From an uncultured Candidatus Saccharibacteria bacterium (lineage in GTDB: Bacteria; Patescibacteriota; Saccharimonadia; Saccharimonadales; AWTP1-31): a stretch of 64,000 bases of DNA. Within the stretch, counting starts at the first letter, position 1. Each line of letters starts with the position of its first letter. Below the pieces are notes generated by a model that did no database searches, had not been told where the DNA came from, and worked only from the letters and a program-made list of their open reading frames with translations. The translations under genes and the position numbers were made by a program. Where the stretch lies: assembly GCA_964643545.1 (NCBI GenBank), contig CAZXTE010000004.1, positions 39,869-103,868 on the forward strand. The letters are read 5' to 3'. Of this stretch, positions 47,150 to 57,583 are shown piece after piece.

Positions 47150-47764
47150 ATGAAAGCACTCATCACTAGAAAAATTGGCATGGCAAGTACAGTCTCAGAA
47201 GACGGTACGGTGGTTGGTGTTACCTTGCTTTCTGCTGAGCCAAATACAGTTACCCAGCTTAAGAACCTCGATGTAGACGGTTATTGTGCTGTGCAGCTCG
47301 GTTTTGGCGCCTCAAAGAAGATTAACAAGCCTATGGCGGGTCATCTCAAGGCGGCTAAGGCGACAACACCAATTATGTGCGAAATTCGAACAGAAGAACT
47401 ACCAGAAGACCTCAAGGTTGGGGACAATCTCACCGCAGAGGTCTTTTCAATTGGCGACAGTGTAAAAGCAACAGGGACAAGTAAGGGTAAGGGTTGGGCA
47501 GGAACGATTCGTCGTCATAACTTCCATCGTGGTCGCAAGACGCATGGTGGCCGTAGTTATCGCCGTCCAGGATCAATTGGCTCTATGTACCCACAACACA
47601 TTTTTAAGGGAACCCGAATGGCAGGACAGCTTGGTGACAAGAAAGTCAGTGTAAAGAACCTTAAGATTGCACTTGTAGATATGGAGCTAAACGTGATTGG
47701 CGTGGTGGGGGCTGTGCCCGGCCCACGCAAAGGTCTTGTTTTACTGCAAGGAGCTGAAAAATGA
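47150..47764 (+). CDS. rplC: 50S ribosomal protein L3
   Basis: MKALITRKIGM start with AAGGAAAG SD. The track TTG start at 47123 is less likely. Confidence 0.95.
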   Translation: MKALITRKIGMASTVSEDGTVVGVTLLSAEPNTVTQLKNLDVDGYCAVQLGFGASKKINKPMAGHLKAAKATTPIMCEIRTEELPEDLKVGDNLTAEVFSIGDSVKATGTSKGKGWAGTIRRHNFHRGRKTHGGRSYRRPGSIGSMYPQHIFKGTRMAGQLGDKKVSVKNLKIALVDMELNVIGVVGAVPGPRKGLVLLQGAEK

Positions 47765-48399
47765 GCACATCAGCAGCTACTTACACAAAGACAGGCACCA
47801 AAGCCACTGTTGCAGCCAAGCTAGCCAAGGATGTTTTTGGCATAGAGGTCACAAGTCACGAATTGCTAAAGCAGGCTTACCAAGCGTATCTTTCCAACGG
47901 TAGAGGCAACCTTGCTGTCGTCAAGACAAGAGGGCTTGTTCGTGGTGGTGGGCGAAAGCCTTGGAAGCAAAAAGGCACGGGCCGTGCTCGTTTCGGTTCT
48001 ACACGAAACCCAATTTGGCGTGGTGGTGGTATTGTTTTCGGCCCAACTGGTGAAGAAAACTACACAAAAGCATTGCCGGTTAAGGCTAAGCGCGTTGCCT
48101 TGCGCCAGGCATTGTCTCTAAAGACTGAACAGATAAAGATTGTTGAAGATTTTGTTTGTGCGGATGGCAAATCACAAGGGGCCGTGAAATTACTTGAAAA
48201 ATTAGGTGCTACGCGCAACATCCTAGTGGTCGTTAGCGAAAAGACTGACACCGTTACCAGAGCTACGCGGAACCTGCAGAGCGTCATTTTAGTTCGAGCG
48301 ACCTACCTTAATGTATATGATATCTTGAATGCCGATACTATTATCATGACTAAAGACGCACTTGCATCTGTACATGAGTGGCTTGGAGAAAAGAAATGA
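47761..48399 (+). CDS. rplD: 50S ribosomal protein L4
   Basis: 212 aa. VRGGGRKPWKQKGTGRAR motif. ATGA overlap with rplC. Confidence 0.95.
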   Translation: MSTSAATYTKTGTKATVAAKLAKDVFGIEVTSHELLKQAYQAYLSNGRGNLAVVKTRGLVRGGGRKPWKQKGTGRARFGSTRNPIWRGGGIVFGPTGEENYTKALPVKAKRVALRQALSLKTEQIKIVEDFVCADGKSQGAVKLLEKLGATRNILVVVSEKTDTVTRATRNLQSVILVRATYLNVYDILNADTIIMTKDALASVHEWLGEKK

Positions 48400-48746
48400 T
48401 GAACGACATTGTCTTGAAGCCACGAATTAGCGAAAAAGCATACGGCTTGAGTCAAAAAGGACACGTCTATGTGTTTGATGTTCCACTGACAGCAAACAAG
48501 CTTACTGTTGCTCAGGCTGTCGCAAGTCAGTTTACTGTTGCAGTCGATAGCGTGAACATTGTCGTCATGAAGGGCAAGGCTGTACGGAGTTACCGCAAGC
48601 GAAGCAAAGCTATCAACGGTAAGCGAAATAACCTGAAGAAAGCATACGTAACCTTGCAAGAAGGCAATAGTATACCGATCTTTGAGAGTGATGAGCCAAA
48701 GACAAGCAAAAAGGCTAGCACTAAGAAAGACAAGGAGACAAAGTAA
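48396..48746 (+). CDS. rplW: 50S ribosomal protein L23
   Basis: MMNDIVLKPRISEKAY start. ATGATG overlaps the rplD stop. Lys-rich C-terminal tail. Confidence 0.93.
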   Translation: MMNDIVLKPRISEKAYGLSQKGHVYVFDVPLTANKLTVAQAVASQFTVAVDSVNIVVMKGKAVRSYRKRSKAINGKRNNLKKAYVTLQEGNSIPIFESDEPKTSKKASTKKDKETK

Positions 48747-49585
48747 TGGCTATTACACTATACCGTCCCACAACTCCTGGTCGCCGTGGCATGACAACTC
48801 AAGATATGAGTGAAATCACGGTCAAGGGTGGTGGCCCCAAGTCTTTGCGCATGGTCAAGCGACGTGGTAATGGCCGCAATAACCAAGGCCGTATTACGGT
48901 ACGTCATCGTGGTGGTGGTGCTCGTAAATTCTACCGAATTGTTAACTTTGGCCTCGCACCAGGCACGACGGCAACTATAGAAGCGATTGAGTATGACCCA
49001 AACCGAAGCGCACGCATTGCTCGTATTAAGGACGATAAGGGTGTATATCATTACGTACTCGCTGCAAAAGATATGACTGTAGGTCAAAAGCTTGTTAGCG
49101 ACGAAGAAGCACCGATCGAAAATGGCAATAGGCTACCTATCAAGAATATCCCCCTTGGAAGCACAATGTATGGAATCGAGCTGCAACCTGGCAAAGGCGC
49201 ACAGCTTGTTCGTGCTGCCGGAACTGGCGCACAACTTATGGCTAAAGAGGGCGCATACGCACAAGTAAAGCTGCCAAGTGGTGAAGTTCGTATGATACTT
49301 GTTGAGTGCACCGCTCAGATAGGCCGCATCGGCAATGAACAGCATCAGAACATTAAAGTCGGAAAAGCGGGACGCAATCGTCGTAAAGGTATTCGACCAG
49401 GTGTTCGTGGTGTTGTTATGAACGCAGCCGATCACCCGCACGGTGGTGGTGATGGTGGTCGTCATGGTACTGCCAAAGATCCGCGTACTCCTTGGGGTCA
49501 AAAAACACTTGGGTTCAAGACAAGACGACGTAAAAGTACGAATAAATTTATTGTTAAAAGCCGTCATATGGCGAAGAGGAAATAA
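48746..49585 (+). CDS. rplB: 50S ribosomal protein L2
   Basis: 279 aa. VRGVVMNAADHPHGGGDGG motif. Confidence 0.97.
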   Translation: MAITLYRPTTPGRRGMTTQDMSEITVKGGGPKSLRMVKRRGNGRNNQGRITVRHRGGGARKFYRIVNFGLAPGTTATIEAIEYDPNRSARIARIKDDKGVYHYVLAAKDMTVGQKLVSDEEAPIENGNRLPIKNIPLGSTMYGIELQPGKGAQLVRAAGTGAQLMAKEGAYAQVKLPSGEVRMILVECTAQIGRIGNEQHQNIKVGKAGRNRRKGIRPGVRGVVMNAADHPHGGGDGGRHGTAKDPRTPWGQKTLGFKTRRRKSTNKFIVKSRHMAKRK

Positions 49586-49588
49586 GCA

Positions 49589-49864
49589 ATGAGTCGATCA
49601 CTGAAAAAAGGACCATTTGTAGACCCTAAACTTGCTAAGAAGGTAGCAGCTTTAGGTGGTGAAGACCGAACGATCATCAAAACATGGGCTCGTGCGAGCA
49701 CCGTGTCACCAGATTTCGTAGGTAGAACCATTGCTGTACATAATGGCAAAGTGCACGTACCTGTCTTTATTACTGAAAATATGGTCGGCCACAAGCTCGG
49801 TGAATTTTCTCCGACACGGAAGTTTCGAAGTCATGGCGGTAAGCTAGCGAAGGGTCAAAGGTAG
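49589..49864 (+). CDS. rpsS: 30S ribosomal protein S19
   Basis: [12 protein letters not shown]...[10 protein letters not shown]...GHKLGEF. Confidence 0.97.
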   Translation: MSRSLKKGPFVDPKLAKKVAALGGEDRTIIKTWARASTVSPDFVGRTIAVHNGKVHVPVFITENMVGHKLGEFSPTRKFRSHGGKLAKGQR

Positions 49865-49869
49865 ATACC

Positions 49870-50265
49870 ATGGCAGTACGAGCAATTGCGAAAGGTGTTA
49901 GCATGAGTCCACGTAAAGTAGGCGTGGTTGCTGCGTTAGTTCGCGGCCGTAGCGTCGCCGATGCGCTTGTTATTCTGTCTCATGTGCCACGTCGCGCAGC
50001 ACTGCCTGTTACAAAAGTCGTGGAGAGTGCGCGCGCAAATGCAGAGCACAACCACAACTATAAGGCTGAGACGCTCATGATAACTGAAATTTCTGTAACA
50101 CCGGGTGTCCGTCTTAAGAGATATCGTCCAGCAGCACACGGACGTGCCTTACCATTCCAACGTCGAACGAGTCATATTAGAGTTGTAGTAGATGGTGAAA
50201 TCCGACAAAAGAAAGCCCCCGTTGTGGCCAAACCTGCAGTAAAGAAAGCTAAGGAGACGAAATAA
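49870..50265 (+). CDS. rplV: 50S ribosomal protein L22
   Basis: 131 aa. SPRKVGVVAALVRGRSV...GRA.PFQRRTSHI. Basic C-terminal tail. Confidence 0.95.
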   Translation: MAVRAIAKGVSMSPRKVGVVAALVRGRSVADALVILSHVPRRAALPVTKVVESARANAEHNHNYKAETLMITEISVTPGVRLKRYRPAAHGRALPFQRRTSHIRVVVDGEIRQKKAPVVAKPAVKKAKETK

Positions 50266-50894
50266 TGGGCCAGAAAGTTAACCCTATTAGCATGCGTCTT
50301 CAAGTCAATAAGGACTGGCGAAGCAAATGGTTCGCAAATAAGCGTGATTATGCAAATTATTTGAAGCAGGACTTGTCGGTTCGCCGAATGATTGCCGTAA
50401 AGCTTGGCAGTCGTGCAGCTATTAACAAAGTTGATATTGAACGTTCACCAAATCTTGTCAGCGTAACAATTCATACTGCGAAAGCCGGTGTGGTAATTGG
50501 GCGTGGCGGCGCTGGGGCTCAAGAACTAAAGCAGACGATCGAACGAATTTATGGTGTCCCAACGCGCGTAAACATTGAAGAAGTTAAAAAAGCAGAACTA
50601 CAAGCAAAGTTGGTGGCTGAGAACATTGCACATCAGCTTGAGCGAAGAATTTCATTCCGACGCGCAATTAAATCAACTGCAGCAGCTACAATGCGTGCAG
50701 GTGCCAAGGGCATTCGCATCGAAGTTGCAGGACGACTTAATGGCGCAGAAATGTCTCGACGAGAAAAAGAAGTGCAGGGTAGCGTACCACTACATACATT
50801 GCGTGCCGATATCGATTACGGACAAGTTGGCGCTAAAACAGCTGCAGGAATTATTGGCGTAAAGGTCTGGATTTACAAGGGAGAGGTGGCATAA
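50265..50894 (+). CDS. rpsC: 30S ribosomal protein S3
   Basis: [14 protein letters not shown] domain ([10 protein letters not shown]), 209 aa. Confidence 0.97.
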   Translation: MGQKVNPISMRLQVNKDWRSKWFANKRDYANYLKQDLSVRRMIAVKLGSRAAINKVDIERSPNLVSVTIHTAKAGVVIGRGGAGAQELKQTIERIYGVPTRVNIEEVKKAELQAKLVAENIAHQLERRISFRRAIKSTAAATMRAGAKGIRIEVAGRLNGAEMSRREKEVQGSVPLHTLRADIDYGQVGAKTAAGIIGVKVWIYKGEVA

Positions 50895-51307
50895 TGTTAC
50901 TCCCAAAACGAACAAAGTTCCGAAAAGTACGAAAGGGAAGAATTCGCGGCGTTGCGACGTCGGGAAACTATATTGCCTTTGGCGATTTTGCACTGCAGAG
51001 CATGCAGTCTGAAAGAATTACCTCTCGTCAGATCGAAGCTTCTCGTCAAGCTATGACTCGCTACATTAAGCGTGGTGGAAAAATTTGGATTCGCATATTC
51101 CCGCACACCCCTGTTACTCGAAAACCACAAGATGTAAAGATGGGTAGCGGAAAAGGAAATCCAGAGTTCTTTGTAGCAAAAGTAAGACCGGGAACAATTT
51201 TATTTGAGATGCAGGGTGTAAGTGAAGAAATTGCACGCGAAGCAATGCGTCTTGCAAGTCATAAACTTCCTGTCAAAACCAAATTCCTGGTTAAGGAGGA
51301 GGTGTAG
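50894..51307 (+). CDS. rplP: 50S ribosomal protein L16
   Basis: [16 protein letters not shown]...[12 protein letters not shown]...KMGSGKG. Confidence 0.97.
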   Translation: MLLPKRTKFRKVRKGRIRGVATSGNYIAFGDFALQSMQSERITSRQIEASRQAMTRYIKRGGKIWIRIFPHTPVTRKPQDVKMGSGKGNPEFFVAKVRPGTILFEMQGVSEEIAREAMRLASHKLPVKTKFLVKEEV

Positions 51308-51309
51308 TT

Positions 51310-51510
51310 ATGAAAATCACTGACATCCGAAAATACTCGACCGCAGATCTAACAAAAGAAAGCACAAAGCTACGCGATGAAATTTCTGAATTGCGACGTC
51401 GTGTGCACATGGGAGAACAAACGAATGTGCGTCTTATCCGGAATAAACGAAAAGATCTAGCACGCATGCTAACAGTACTAAGCGAACAGCTCAGCAAGGA
51501 GACACTATAA
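51310..51510 (+). CDS. rpmC: 50S ribosomal protein L29
   Basis: 66 aa, helical L29 pattern (L..E...LR.E...LR). In the conserved position. Confidence 0.9.
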   Translation: MKITDIRKYSTADLTKESTKLRDEISELRRRVHMGEQTNVRLIRNKRKDLARMLTVLSEQLSKETL

Positions 51511-51812
51511 TGGCAAAGACACTCACCGGTACAGTTGTATCCGATAAAACCGACAAGACAATTGTCGTTGCTGTTCATGCACACAAAACGCACCCAATTT
51601 ACCGAAAAGCTTATTCTGTGACGAAGCGATTTATGGCTCACGATGAAAAGAACGAAGCAAAACAAGGTGATACTGTTGTGATCGCAGAATGCCGCCCAAT
51701 CAGTGCACGAAAACGATACACGCTACAGTCAGTCATTGGGCGTGCCATTATAACTGCAGCAGATTCAGTTGAAACAGTCACCGCCGATGTCGCAACAGAG
51801 GAGAAGAAATGA
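51510..51812 (+). CDS. rpsQ: 30S ribosomal protein S17
   Basis: [16 protein letters not shown]...HPIYRK...[21 protein letters not shown]. Confidence 0.95.
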   Translation: MAKTLTGTVVSDKTDKTIVVAVHAHKTHPIYRKAYSVTKRFMAHDEKNEAKQGDTVVIAECRPISARKRYTLQSVIGRAIITAADSVETVTADVATEEKK

Positions 51813-52177
51813 TACAGCAGGAATCACGTCTTGGTGTCTGCGATAACAGCGGTGCAAAAGAGATTCTTTGTATTCGTGTCCTTGGTGGTACGCGGAGACG
51901 ATATGCACGCGTTGGTGACGTTATCGTCGCAACAGTTAAGCAAGCCAACCCGCAAGGTAACGTAAAAAAGAAGTCAGTTATCAGGGCTGTCGTTGTGCGG
52001 ACAAAGAGCCCAATTAAGCGCAAAGATGGGTCGACAATTAAGTTCGACGATAACGCAGCGGTTGTTATCGGAGAAGACAAGCTTCCCAAAGCTACTCGTA
52101 TTTTTGGCCCCGTCCCACGAGAACTGCGTGAGTTAGGCTATGCAAAGATCATTAGCTTGGCACCGGAGGTCCTATAA
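51809..52177 (+). CDS. rplN: 50S ribosomal protein L14
   Basis: [18 protein letters not shown]...122 aa. Confidence 0.97.
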   Translation: MIQQESRLGVCDNSGAKEILCIRVLGGTRRRYARVGDVIVATVKQANPQGNVKKKSVIRAVVVRTKSPIKRKDGSTIKFDDNAAVVIGEDKLPKATRIFGPVPRELRELGYAKIISLAPEVL

Positions 52178-52512
52178 TGAATACTTCTATCTTTAAGATT
52201 CGTTTGAAAAAAGGCGACACCGTTGTTGTGCGAAGTGGCAAGTACAAGGGCAAAACTGGCTCAGTTATAGCTACGCATCCAACGCTGAACAAGGTTACTG
52301 TTGAAGGGATAAACATTGTTAAAAAGCATGTGAAGCCAAATAAGACAAACCCACAAGGCGGTATTATCGAGCTCACAAAACCAATTTGGGTTTCAAAAGT
52401 AGCAATCGTCGAACCAACAAGCAAAAAAGCCACAAAAATTAGCTACACATTAGCCAAAGATGGCAAGAAAGTACGCGTGTACAAGAGCAGCGGGAAGGAG
52501 ATCAAGTCATGA
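52177..52512 (+). CDS. rplX: 50S ribosomal protein L24
   Basis: KKGDTVVVRSGKYKGKTG (KOW motif), 111 aa. Confidence 0.95.
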   Translation: MNTSIFKIRLKKGDTVVVRSGKYKGKTGSVIATHPTLNKVTVEGINIVKKHVKPNKTNPQGGIIELTKPIWVSKVAIVEPTSKKATKISYTLAKDGKKVRVYKSSGKEIKS

Positions 52513-53072
52513 ATACAACCAGCACAGTACGATTAAAAGATCTCTACAAAACTACTGTTGTCGGCGAACTCAAAGAAGAGCTAGGCCTAGAGAACATTCA
52601 CCAAGTGCCAGTGTTGCAAAAGATAGTTGTTAATGTTGGACTTGGCCGCGCTAAGGATGAAAAGAAGCTTATCGACATAGCTGCCAACACATTAAAGAAA
52701 ATTACAGGACAAGTGCCTATCGAAACGGTTGCTAAAAAATCAATCGCATCATTTAAGCTTCGTGAAGGCAATAAAATTGGGCTAAAGGTGACCCTTCGCG
52801 GTGACAGAATGTATGAATTTGCTGATCGACTCATTAGCGTTGTTTTGCCACGACTACGTGACTTCCATGGCGTAAAAACAACTGCTTTTGATCGCAGCGG
52901 GAACTATAGCATCGGACTCGTAGATCAATCCGTATTCCCAGAACTTACATTTGAAGAAACAACCACGACACATGGGCTACAAGCGGTGTTTGTTGTAAAA
53001 GCCCAGCAACCCGAGCACGCGCGTGCGTTGCTCACTAAATTAGGTATGCCTTTTGAGAAGGAGAGAAAGTAA
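52509..53072 (+). CDS. rplE: 50S ribosomal protein L5
   Basis: 187 aa. RLKDLY...[15 protein letters not shown]...[16 protein letters not shown]. Confidence 0.96.
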   Translation: MNTTSTVRLKDLYKTTVVGELKEELGLENIHQVPVLQKIVVNVGLGRAKDEKKLIDIAANTLKKITGQVPIETVAKKSIASFKLREGNKIGLKVTLRGDRMYEFADRLISVVLPRLRDFHGVKTTAFDRSGNYSIGLVDQSVFPELTFEETTTTHGLQAVFVVKAQQPEHARALLTKLGMPFEKERK

Positions 53073-53341
53073 TGGCTAAAAAATCTATTATTGCCCGAGA
53101 CCTGAAACGTCAAAGGATGATTGCGCAATATGCAGCAAAACGAGCCGAATTAAAGACTATGGGTGACCAAGAAGGCCTTCATAAGCTTCCTCGCAACTCA
53201 TCGCCAACGCGCCATAAAAACCGCTGCCTAGAAACAGGCCGCCCCCACGGTTACATGCGAACGTTTGGCTTGAGCCGTATTTCATTTCGTGAGCATGCAG
53301 TTAAGGGTGAAATCCCCGGTGTAACGAAAGCTAGCTGGTAA
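53072..53341 (+). CDS. rpsN: 30S ribosomal protein S14 (long, non-zinc form)
   Basis: 89 aa. RNRC..TGRP.G..R.FGLSRI.FRE...G.IPGV.KASW. No CxxC pairs. Confidence 0.95.
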   Translation: MAKKSIIARDLKRQRMIAQYAAKRAELKTMGDQEGLHKLPRNSSPTRHKNRCLETGRPHGYMRTFGLSRISFREHAVKGEIPGVTKASW

Positions 53342-53351
53342 GGAGCGCCTT

Positions 53352-53753
53352 ATGTCTACAACATCTACTGACCCAATTGCCGACATGTTATCTCGAATTC
53401 GTAACGCAATTGCCGTACGAAAAAACGAGGTTGTTATGCCGCACTCAAAAATCAAGCAAGCTGTTGCTGAAGTACTTGTCAAAAATAACTACCTCGATTC
53501 TGCTCGCGTCACTGAAGCAAGTATTGGAAAAAGTTTGCACCTTTCGATCAACCCGGAAAACCAGAATGCTCGAATTACAGAAATTGTCAGAATAAGCACT
53601 CCTGGCCGCCGTAACTATAGTTCAGCAAAAGAGATCCCTGCAGTTAAAAGTGGTCGTGGTATTATTATCGTCTCAACGAGCAAGGGTCTTATGACTGGTG
53701 CGCAAGCAAAAACTGCTGGTGTTGGCGGCGAATTAATTTGTAGGGTGTACTAA
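53352..53753 (+). CDS. rpsH: 30S ribosomal protein S8
   Basis: DPIADMLSRIRNA...133 aa. Confidence 0.96.
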   Translation: MSTTSTDPIADMLSRIRNAIAVRKNEVVMPHSKIKQAVAEVLVKNNYLDSARVTEASIGKSLHLSINPENQNARITEIVRISTPGRRNYSSAKEIPAVKSGRGIIIVSTSKGLMTGAQAKTAGVGGELICRVY

Positions 53754-53755
53754 TT

Positions 53756-54295
53756 ATGAGTCGCGTAGGAAAATCACCCATCGAAATACCAAATGGCGTT
53801 ACGCTTACTGCTGAAGACGGTATGCTAACTGTTGTGGGTCCAAAAGGTACTCTTTCACAGCCACTACTTGACGATATTATGGTTAGCCAAGAAGATGGCA
53901 AGATTATTGTTACACGTGCAAATGATGAGCCAAAAATCCGTGCGAAGCATGGACTGGTTCGTGCACTCTTAAACAACATGGTTGAAGGCGTAACAGCAGG
54001 ATTTAGTAAACAGCTGGAAATACAAGGGGTTGGCTATCGAGTTTCTCTCGCAGGATCAGAACTAAAATTCAATCTTGGCTTTTCACATGATGTTATATAC
54101 AAAATCCCACAAGGGGTTACAGCGGTGGTAGAGCAAAATACCATCACCATATCAGGTATCAGCAAGCAGCAGGTAGGCCAAGTTGCAGCCGAGATACGAT
54201 CTTTAAAGAAACCAGAACCCTATAAGGGCAAAGGTATCCGATACGTTGGTGAGAGAATTATACGAAAAAGCGGTAAGTCAGGTAAGGATAAATAA
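53756..54295 (+). CDS. rplF: 50S ribosomal protein L6
   Basis: MSRVGKSPIEIPNGV...PEPYKGKGIRY, 179 aa. Confidence 0.96.
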   Translation: MSRVGKSPIEIPNGVTLTAEDGMLTVVGPKGTLSQPLLDDIMVSQEDGKIIVTRANDEPKIRAKHGLVRALLNNMVEGVTAGFSKQLEIQGVGYRVSLAGSELKFNLGFSHDVIYKIPQGVTAVVEQNTITISGISKQQVGQVAAEIRSLKKPEPYKGKGIRYVGERIIRKSGKSGKDK

Positions 54296-54649
54296 ATGAA
54301 CGGATTAGCACATACACTACAGAAAGTCGCACAGCGCAAAGCTCGTGTACGATCAAAAGTCTATGGGACCGCAGACAGGCCTCGTTTATCTGTATTTGTC
54401 AGCAACCGACACATCACTGCTCAGGTAATCAATGATGACACCCGTGTAACCATTGCATATGTGAGCACGACCGGGCTTAAGACAACAGGCAGCATGACCG
54501 AGAAAGCAGCAGTCATCGGTGAACTGATCGCAAAAGCGGCGCTAAAAGCAAAGATCAAGAAAGTTGTTTTTGATCGCAACGGACGTATTTACCACGGAAG
54601 AGTCAAAGCACTGGCCGACGCAGCGCGTAAAGCAGGATTGGAGTTCTAG
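54296..54649 (+). CDS. rplR: 50S ribosomal protein L18
   Basis: 117 aa. RPRLSVF.SNRHI.AQVI.D...FDRNG..YHGRVKALADAAR..GL.F. Confidence 0.95.
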   Translation: MNGLAHTLQKVAQRKARVRSKVYGTADRPRLSVFVSNRHITAQVINDDTRVTIAYVSTTGLKTTGSMTEKAAVIGELIAKAALKAKIKKVVFDRNGRIYHGRVKALADAARKAGLEF

Positions 54650-54650
54650 C

Positions 54651-55208
54651 ATGCAACCAAATGATCGCAGACCAAGAAATAACAGAGACGCACAACCTGC
54701 TGAAAAATTATTTGATGAGCGCGTTGTGAACATTGATCGTGTTGCACGTGTCGTAAAAGGTGGACGAAGATTTCGATTTCGTGCGCTAGCCGCTGTAGGT
54801 GACCGCAAGTCACGCGTTGGTATTGGTTCAGCAAAAGGCGCCGACGTAACGAGTGCTGTTGCAAAAGCAATGGAAGTAGCCAAGAAAAACATGGTAACAA
54901 TTAATTTGTACAAAGGTACATTACCGCACGAAGCCACTGCAAAAGTTGGAGGTGCACGTATACTCATAAAACCAGCTGCGCAAGGTACAGGACTCATAGC
55001 TGGTGGTGTTGTCCGCACCGTTTTAGAAGTTGCTGGGGTAAAAAATGCACTTAGCAAGTCTCTCGGGTCTGCAAACAAGACAAACACTGCTTACGCAACC
55101 CTAGCTGCCTTGCAGTCTACTGAACCTGCAAAGAACTGGATAACCAATCAAGTTGCCAAAGAACAAGCAAAGACAGCTGAAGCGAAGGCGAAAAAGGTAG
55201 CAGCATGA
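54651..55208 (+). CDS. rpsE: 30S ribosomal protein S5
   Basis: ATG 54651 lies directly after the rplR stop. VVNIDRVARVVKGGRRFRFRALAAVGD core. The track start at 54564 overlaps rplR. Confidence 0.95.
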   Translation: MQPNDRRPRNNRDAQPAEKLFDERVVNIDRVARVVKGGRRFRFRALAAVGDRKSRVGIGSAKGADVTSAVAKAMEVAKKNMVTINLYKGTLPHEATAKVGGARILIKPAAQGTGLIAGGVVRTVLEVAGVKNALSKSLGSANKTNTAYATLAALQSTEPAKNWITNQVAKEQAKTAEAKAKKVAA

Positions 55209-55678
55209 AATTCAATGAACTAAAGACAGTGAAATCAAAGCAGACGAAGCGTGTCGGACGCGGCATTGCAGCAGGACAGGGTAAAACTGCTGGAAGAGGA
55301 ACAAAAGGTCAAAAAGCGCGTACTGGCTATAGTGCGCGGCCCGGTTTTGAAGGTGGTCAGAACCCCCTTTCACAACGCTTCCCAAAACTGCGCGGTTTTC
55401 GCTCACATAGAGTAGCTGCAGAAGTTGTATTTACCGATCAAATATCATCACTAGGTGAAACGGTCGACAACCATAGTCTCGTTAAAGCAGGCCTTTTAGA
55501 AAACCCTCATACTCGTGTGAAACTTTTAACGCGTGGTGAGTATACAGCTAAGCAAACGGTTAAATTGCAACTTGCTAGCAAGAGTGCTGTTGCGACACTA
55601 GAGAAGGCCGGTGGTTCCTTTGTAGCAACTAGTCAAATACCTCGTGTAGCAACAAAAAAGACAAAAAAGACAGATTAG
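55205..55678 (+). CDS. rplO: 50S ribosomal protein L15
   Basis: GRGIAAGQGKTAGRGTKGQKAR...FEGGQ.PL..R.PK.RGF. ATGA overlap with rpsE, so there is no rpmD in between. Confidence 0.95.
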   Translation: MKFNELKTVKSKQTKRVGRGIAAGQGKTAGRGTKGQKARTGYSARPGFEGGQNPLSQRFPKLRGFRSHRVAAEVVFTDQISSLGETVDNHSLVKAGLLENPHTRVKLLTRGEYTAKQTVKLQLASKSAVATLEKAGGSFVATSQIPRVATKKTKKTD

Positions 55679-55739
55679 TATTTTTTGAGCGACCAATAAA
55701 GCTGATATACTGTCGAATATAGTTAGGTAGAAGGAATAC

Positions 55740-57281
55740 ATGAGCTGGAAAGTTATTTGGCGATCTTTACGAGCGGGTGACATGAGGAAACGGCTACTCG
55801 CTGTCATGGGAATGTTGTTTGTGTTTCGTATTTTCGCACATATTCCAGTCCCACTGAGTGACGCAAAAACACTGCAACAGGTGTTACAAAATGTATTTGC
55901 ATCAAATGACTCACCACAGCTGTTAAGCTTTATCAATGTTTTGTCGGGCGGAGCACTAGCCAACTTTTCGATTATGCTCGTGGGATTGGGTCCATATATC
56001 AATGCCTCAATTATCATGCAGTTGCTCACCAGGGCCATCCCTAAGCTAGAAGCATTAAATAATGAGGGTGAATTCGGCAGACGAAAAATAAACCAGTACA
56101 CCCGTCTCCTAACTCTCCCGCTTGCTATGGTGCAGTCAGTTGGTGCAATATATCTCGTTCGTGAATCTGCAACCAGAATAGGCGGATTGGGCGATATTAC
56201 TGCTAATACATCTCTTTTGCGTTGGGGTTTGATGGTTGCCGCACTAACGGGAGGTTCTATGGTGCTTATGTGGCTCGGCGAGCTAATAACAGAGCAAAAT
56301 GTAGGCAATGGGATATCCTTAATTATAACTGTCGGTATCGTCAGTAGCTTGCCACAGACAGTAGCTTCGCTTATTGAATCCCTGACTGCAAAGAGCGATA
56401 AGCTCAGTGTTTTCGGGAATCAACTACCCATAAGTGGCAGCGCACTCCTTTACGCGCTACTGATCCTTGTTCTCGTGACAATTGTGACGATTTTGATAGT
56501 TAAGTTGAACGAAGCATCAAGAAAGCTAACAGTTAATTATGCTAAACGAGTGCAGGGTAATAGGGCGTATGGTGGCGTAACCACAATTTTGCCAGTTAAA
56601 TTAATTACAGCCGGAGTTGTCCCGATAATTTTCGCAGTTGCTTTCCTGAGTGTTCCTAGCTTCGCAGGACAGCTGCTTGTCAGCAACTCCAGTCAGCGAT
56701 TGCAGGAATTAGGGACGACCCTTGTCCGATTATTCCAAAACCCGAGCGTTCAGAGCTTTCAGCAAGGCGGGTGGCAACCGTATCTATACCCAGTAGTCTA
56801 CTTTCTCCTCGTCGTTGTATTTACGTTCTTTTATACGTCTATCGCCTTCAATGCAAAAGAGATTGCAGAGAACTTACAGAAACAAGGTGGATTTATCGCT
56901 GATATCCGCGCAGGTAAGCAGACAGAGAAGTATTTGTCTGCTGTGGTTAACCGTCTGACGCTCTTTGGGGCTATATCTCTGGGGCTTCTCGCGTTGCTCC
57001 CTATTATTGGACAGATATTCTTAAAAACAAACATAACCATAGGGGGTACAAGCATCCTCATCCTTGTTTCCGTAGCTTTAGAGACACTTCGTCAAATAGA
57101 GTCTAGGGCACTCATGGTCACGTACGATCAGTACGAGCAGCCTGACTTCTTTACAGATGCAACCGAAGAGACAACATCAACATCGTCAAGGCGTACGCTA
57201 TTACGTGGACGAATCCGCCTGTTCAATCGCGTGAAAACAACCCTGTCAAGAAAAAACCGTAAAAACCCTTTGCAAAAGTAA
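55740..57281 (+). CDS. secY: Preprotein translocase subunit SecY (513 aa, with basic C-terminal tail)
   Basis: 10-TM SecY pattern (ALGPYINASIIMQLL, WLGELITE, GGFI..IR.G..T). About 50 extra C-terminal residues rich in R/K/T/S. Confidence 0.95.
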   Translation: MSWKVIWRSLRAGDMRKRLLAVMGMLFVFRIFAHIPVPLSDAKTLQQVLQNVFASNDSPQLLSFINVLSGGALANFSIMLVGLGPYINASIIMQLLTRAIPKLEALNNEGEFGRRKINQYTRLLTLPLAMVQSVGAIYLVRESATRIGGLGDITANTSLLRWGLMVAALTGGSMVLMWLGELITEQNVGNGISLIITVGIVSSLPQTVASLIESLTAKSDKLSVFGNQLPISGSALLYALLILVLVTIVTILIVKLNEASRKLTVNYAKRVQGNRAYGGVTTILPVKLITAGVVPIIFAVAFLSVPSFAGQLLVSNSSQRLQELGTTLVRLFQNPSVQSFQQGGWQPYLYPVVYFLLVVVFTFFYTSIAFNAKEIAENLQKQGGFIADIRAGKQTEKYLSAVVNRLTLFGAISLGLLALLPIIGQIFLKTNITIGGTSILILVSVALETLRQIESRALMVTYDQYEQPDFFTDATEETTSTSSRRTLLRGRIRLFNRVKTTLSRKNRKNPLQK

Positions 57282-57316
57282 TATATATCTGTTAAACTTG
57301 AGACTTAGTTATATTT

Positions 57317-57538
57317 ATGGCCGTAAACAAGGAAGTAATAGAACTCACGGGAACGATCGTGGAGACATTACCCGGAACGCAGTTCCGAGTAGAACTTGAG
57401 AACGGGCATCAAATTATAGCTCACGTGGCAGGTAAGATGCGAAAACATTATATTCGGATCGTACCAGGCGACAGCGTTACGGTTGAGTTGACCCCTTACG
57501 ACCTTTCTAAGGGAAGAATCACCTATCGCAAATCATAA
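57317..57538 (+). CDS. infA: Translation initiation factor IF-1
   Basis: 73 aa. [59 protein letters not shown]. Confidence 0.97.
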   Translation: MAVNKEVIELTGTIVETLPGTQFRVELENGHQIIAHVAGKMRKHYIRIVPGDSVTVELTPYDLSKGRITYRKS

Positions 57539-57583
57539 ATAAGCAGTGTGTTATGCGTTGCAGCAACAAGGAGCATAATCCGC

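Noticed and set aside
54542-55087. 181-aa minus-strand ORF antisense to rplR/rpsE
   Set aside because: It is a shadow ORF opposite conserved r-protein genes, with no independent signals.
55598-56308. 236-aa minus-strand ORF antisense to secY/rplO
   Set aside because: It overlaps two highly conserved plus-strand genes, has no recognisable motifs, and has composition typical of a shadow ORF.
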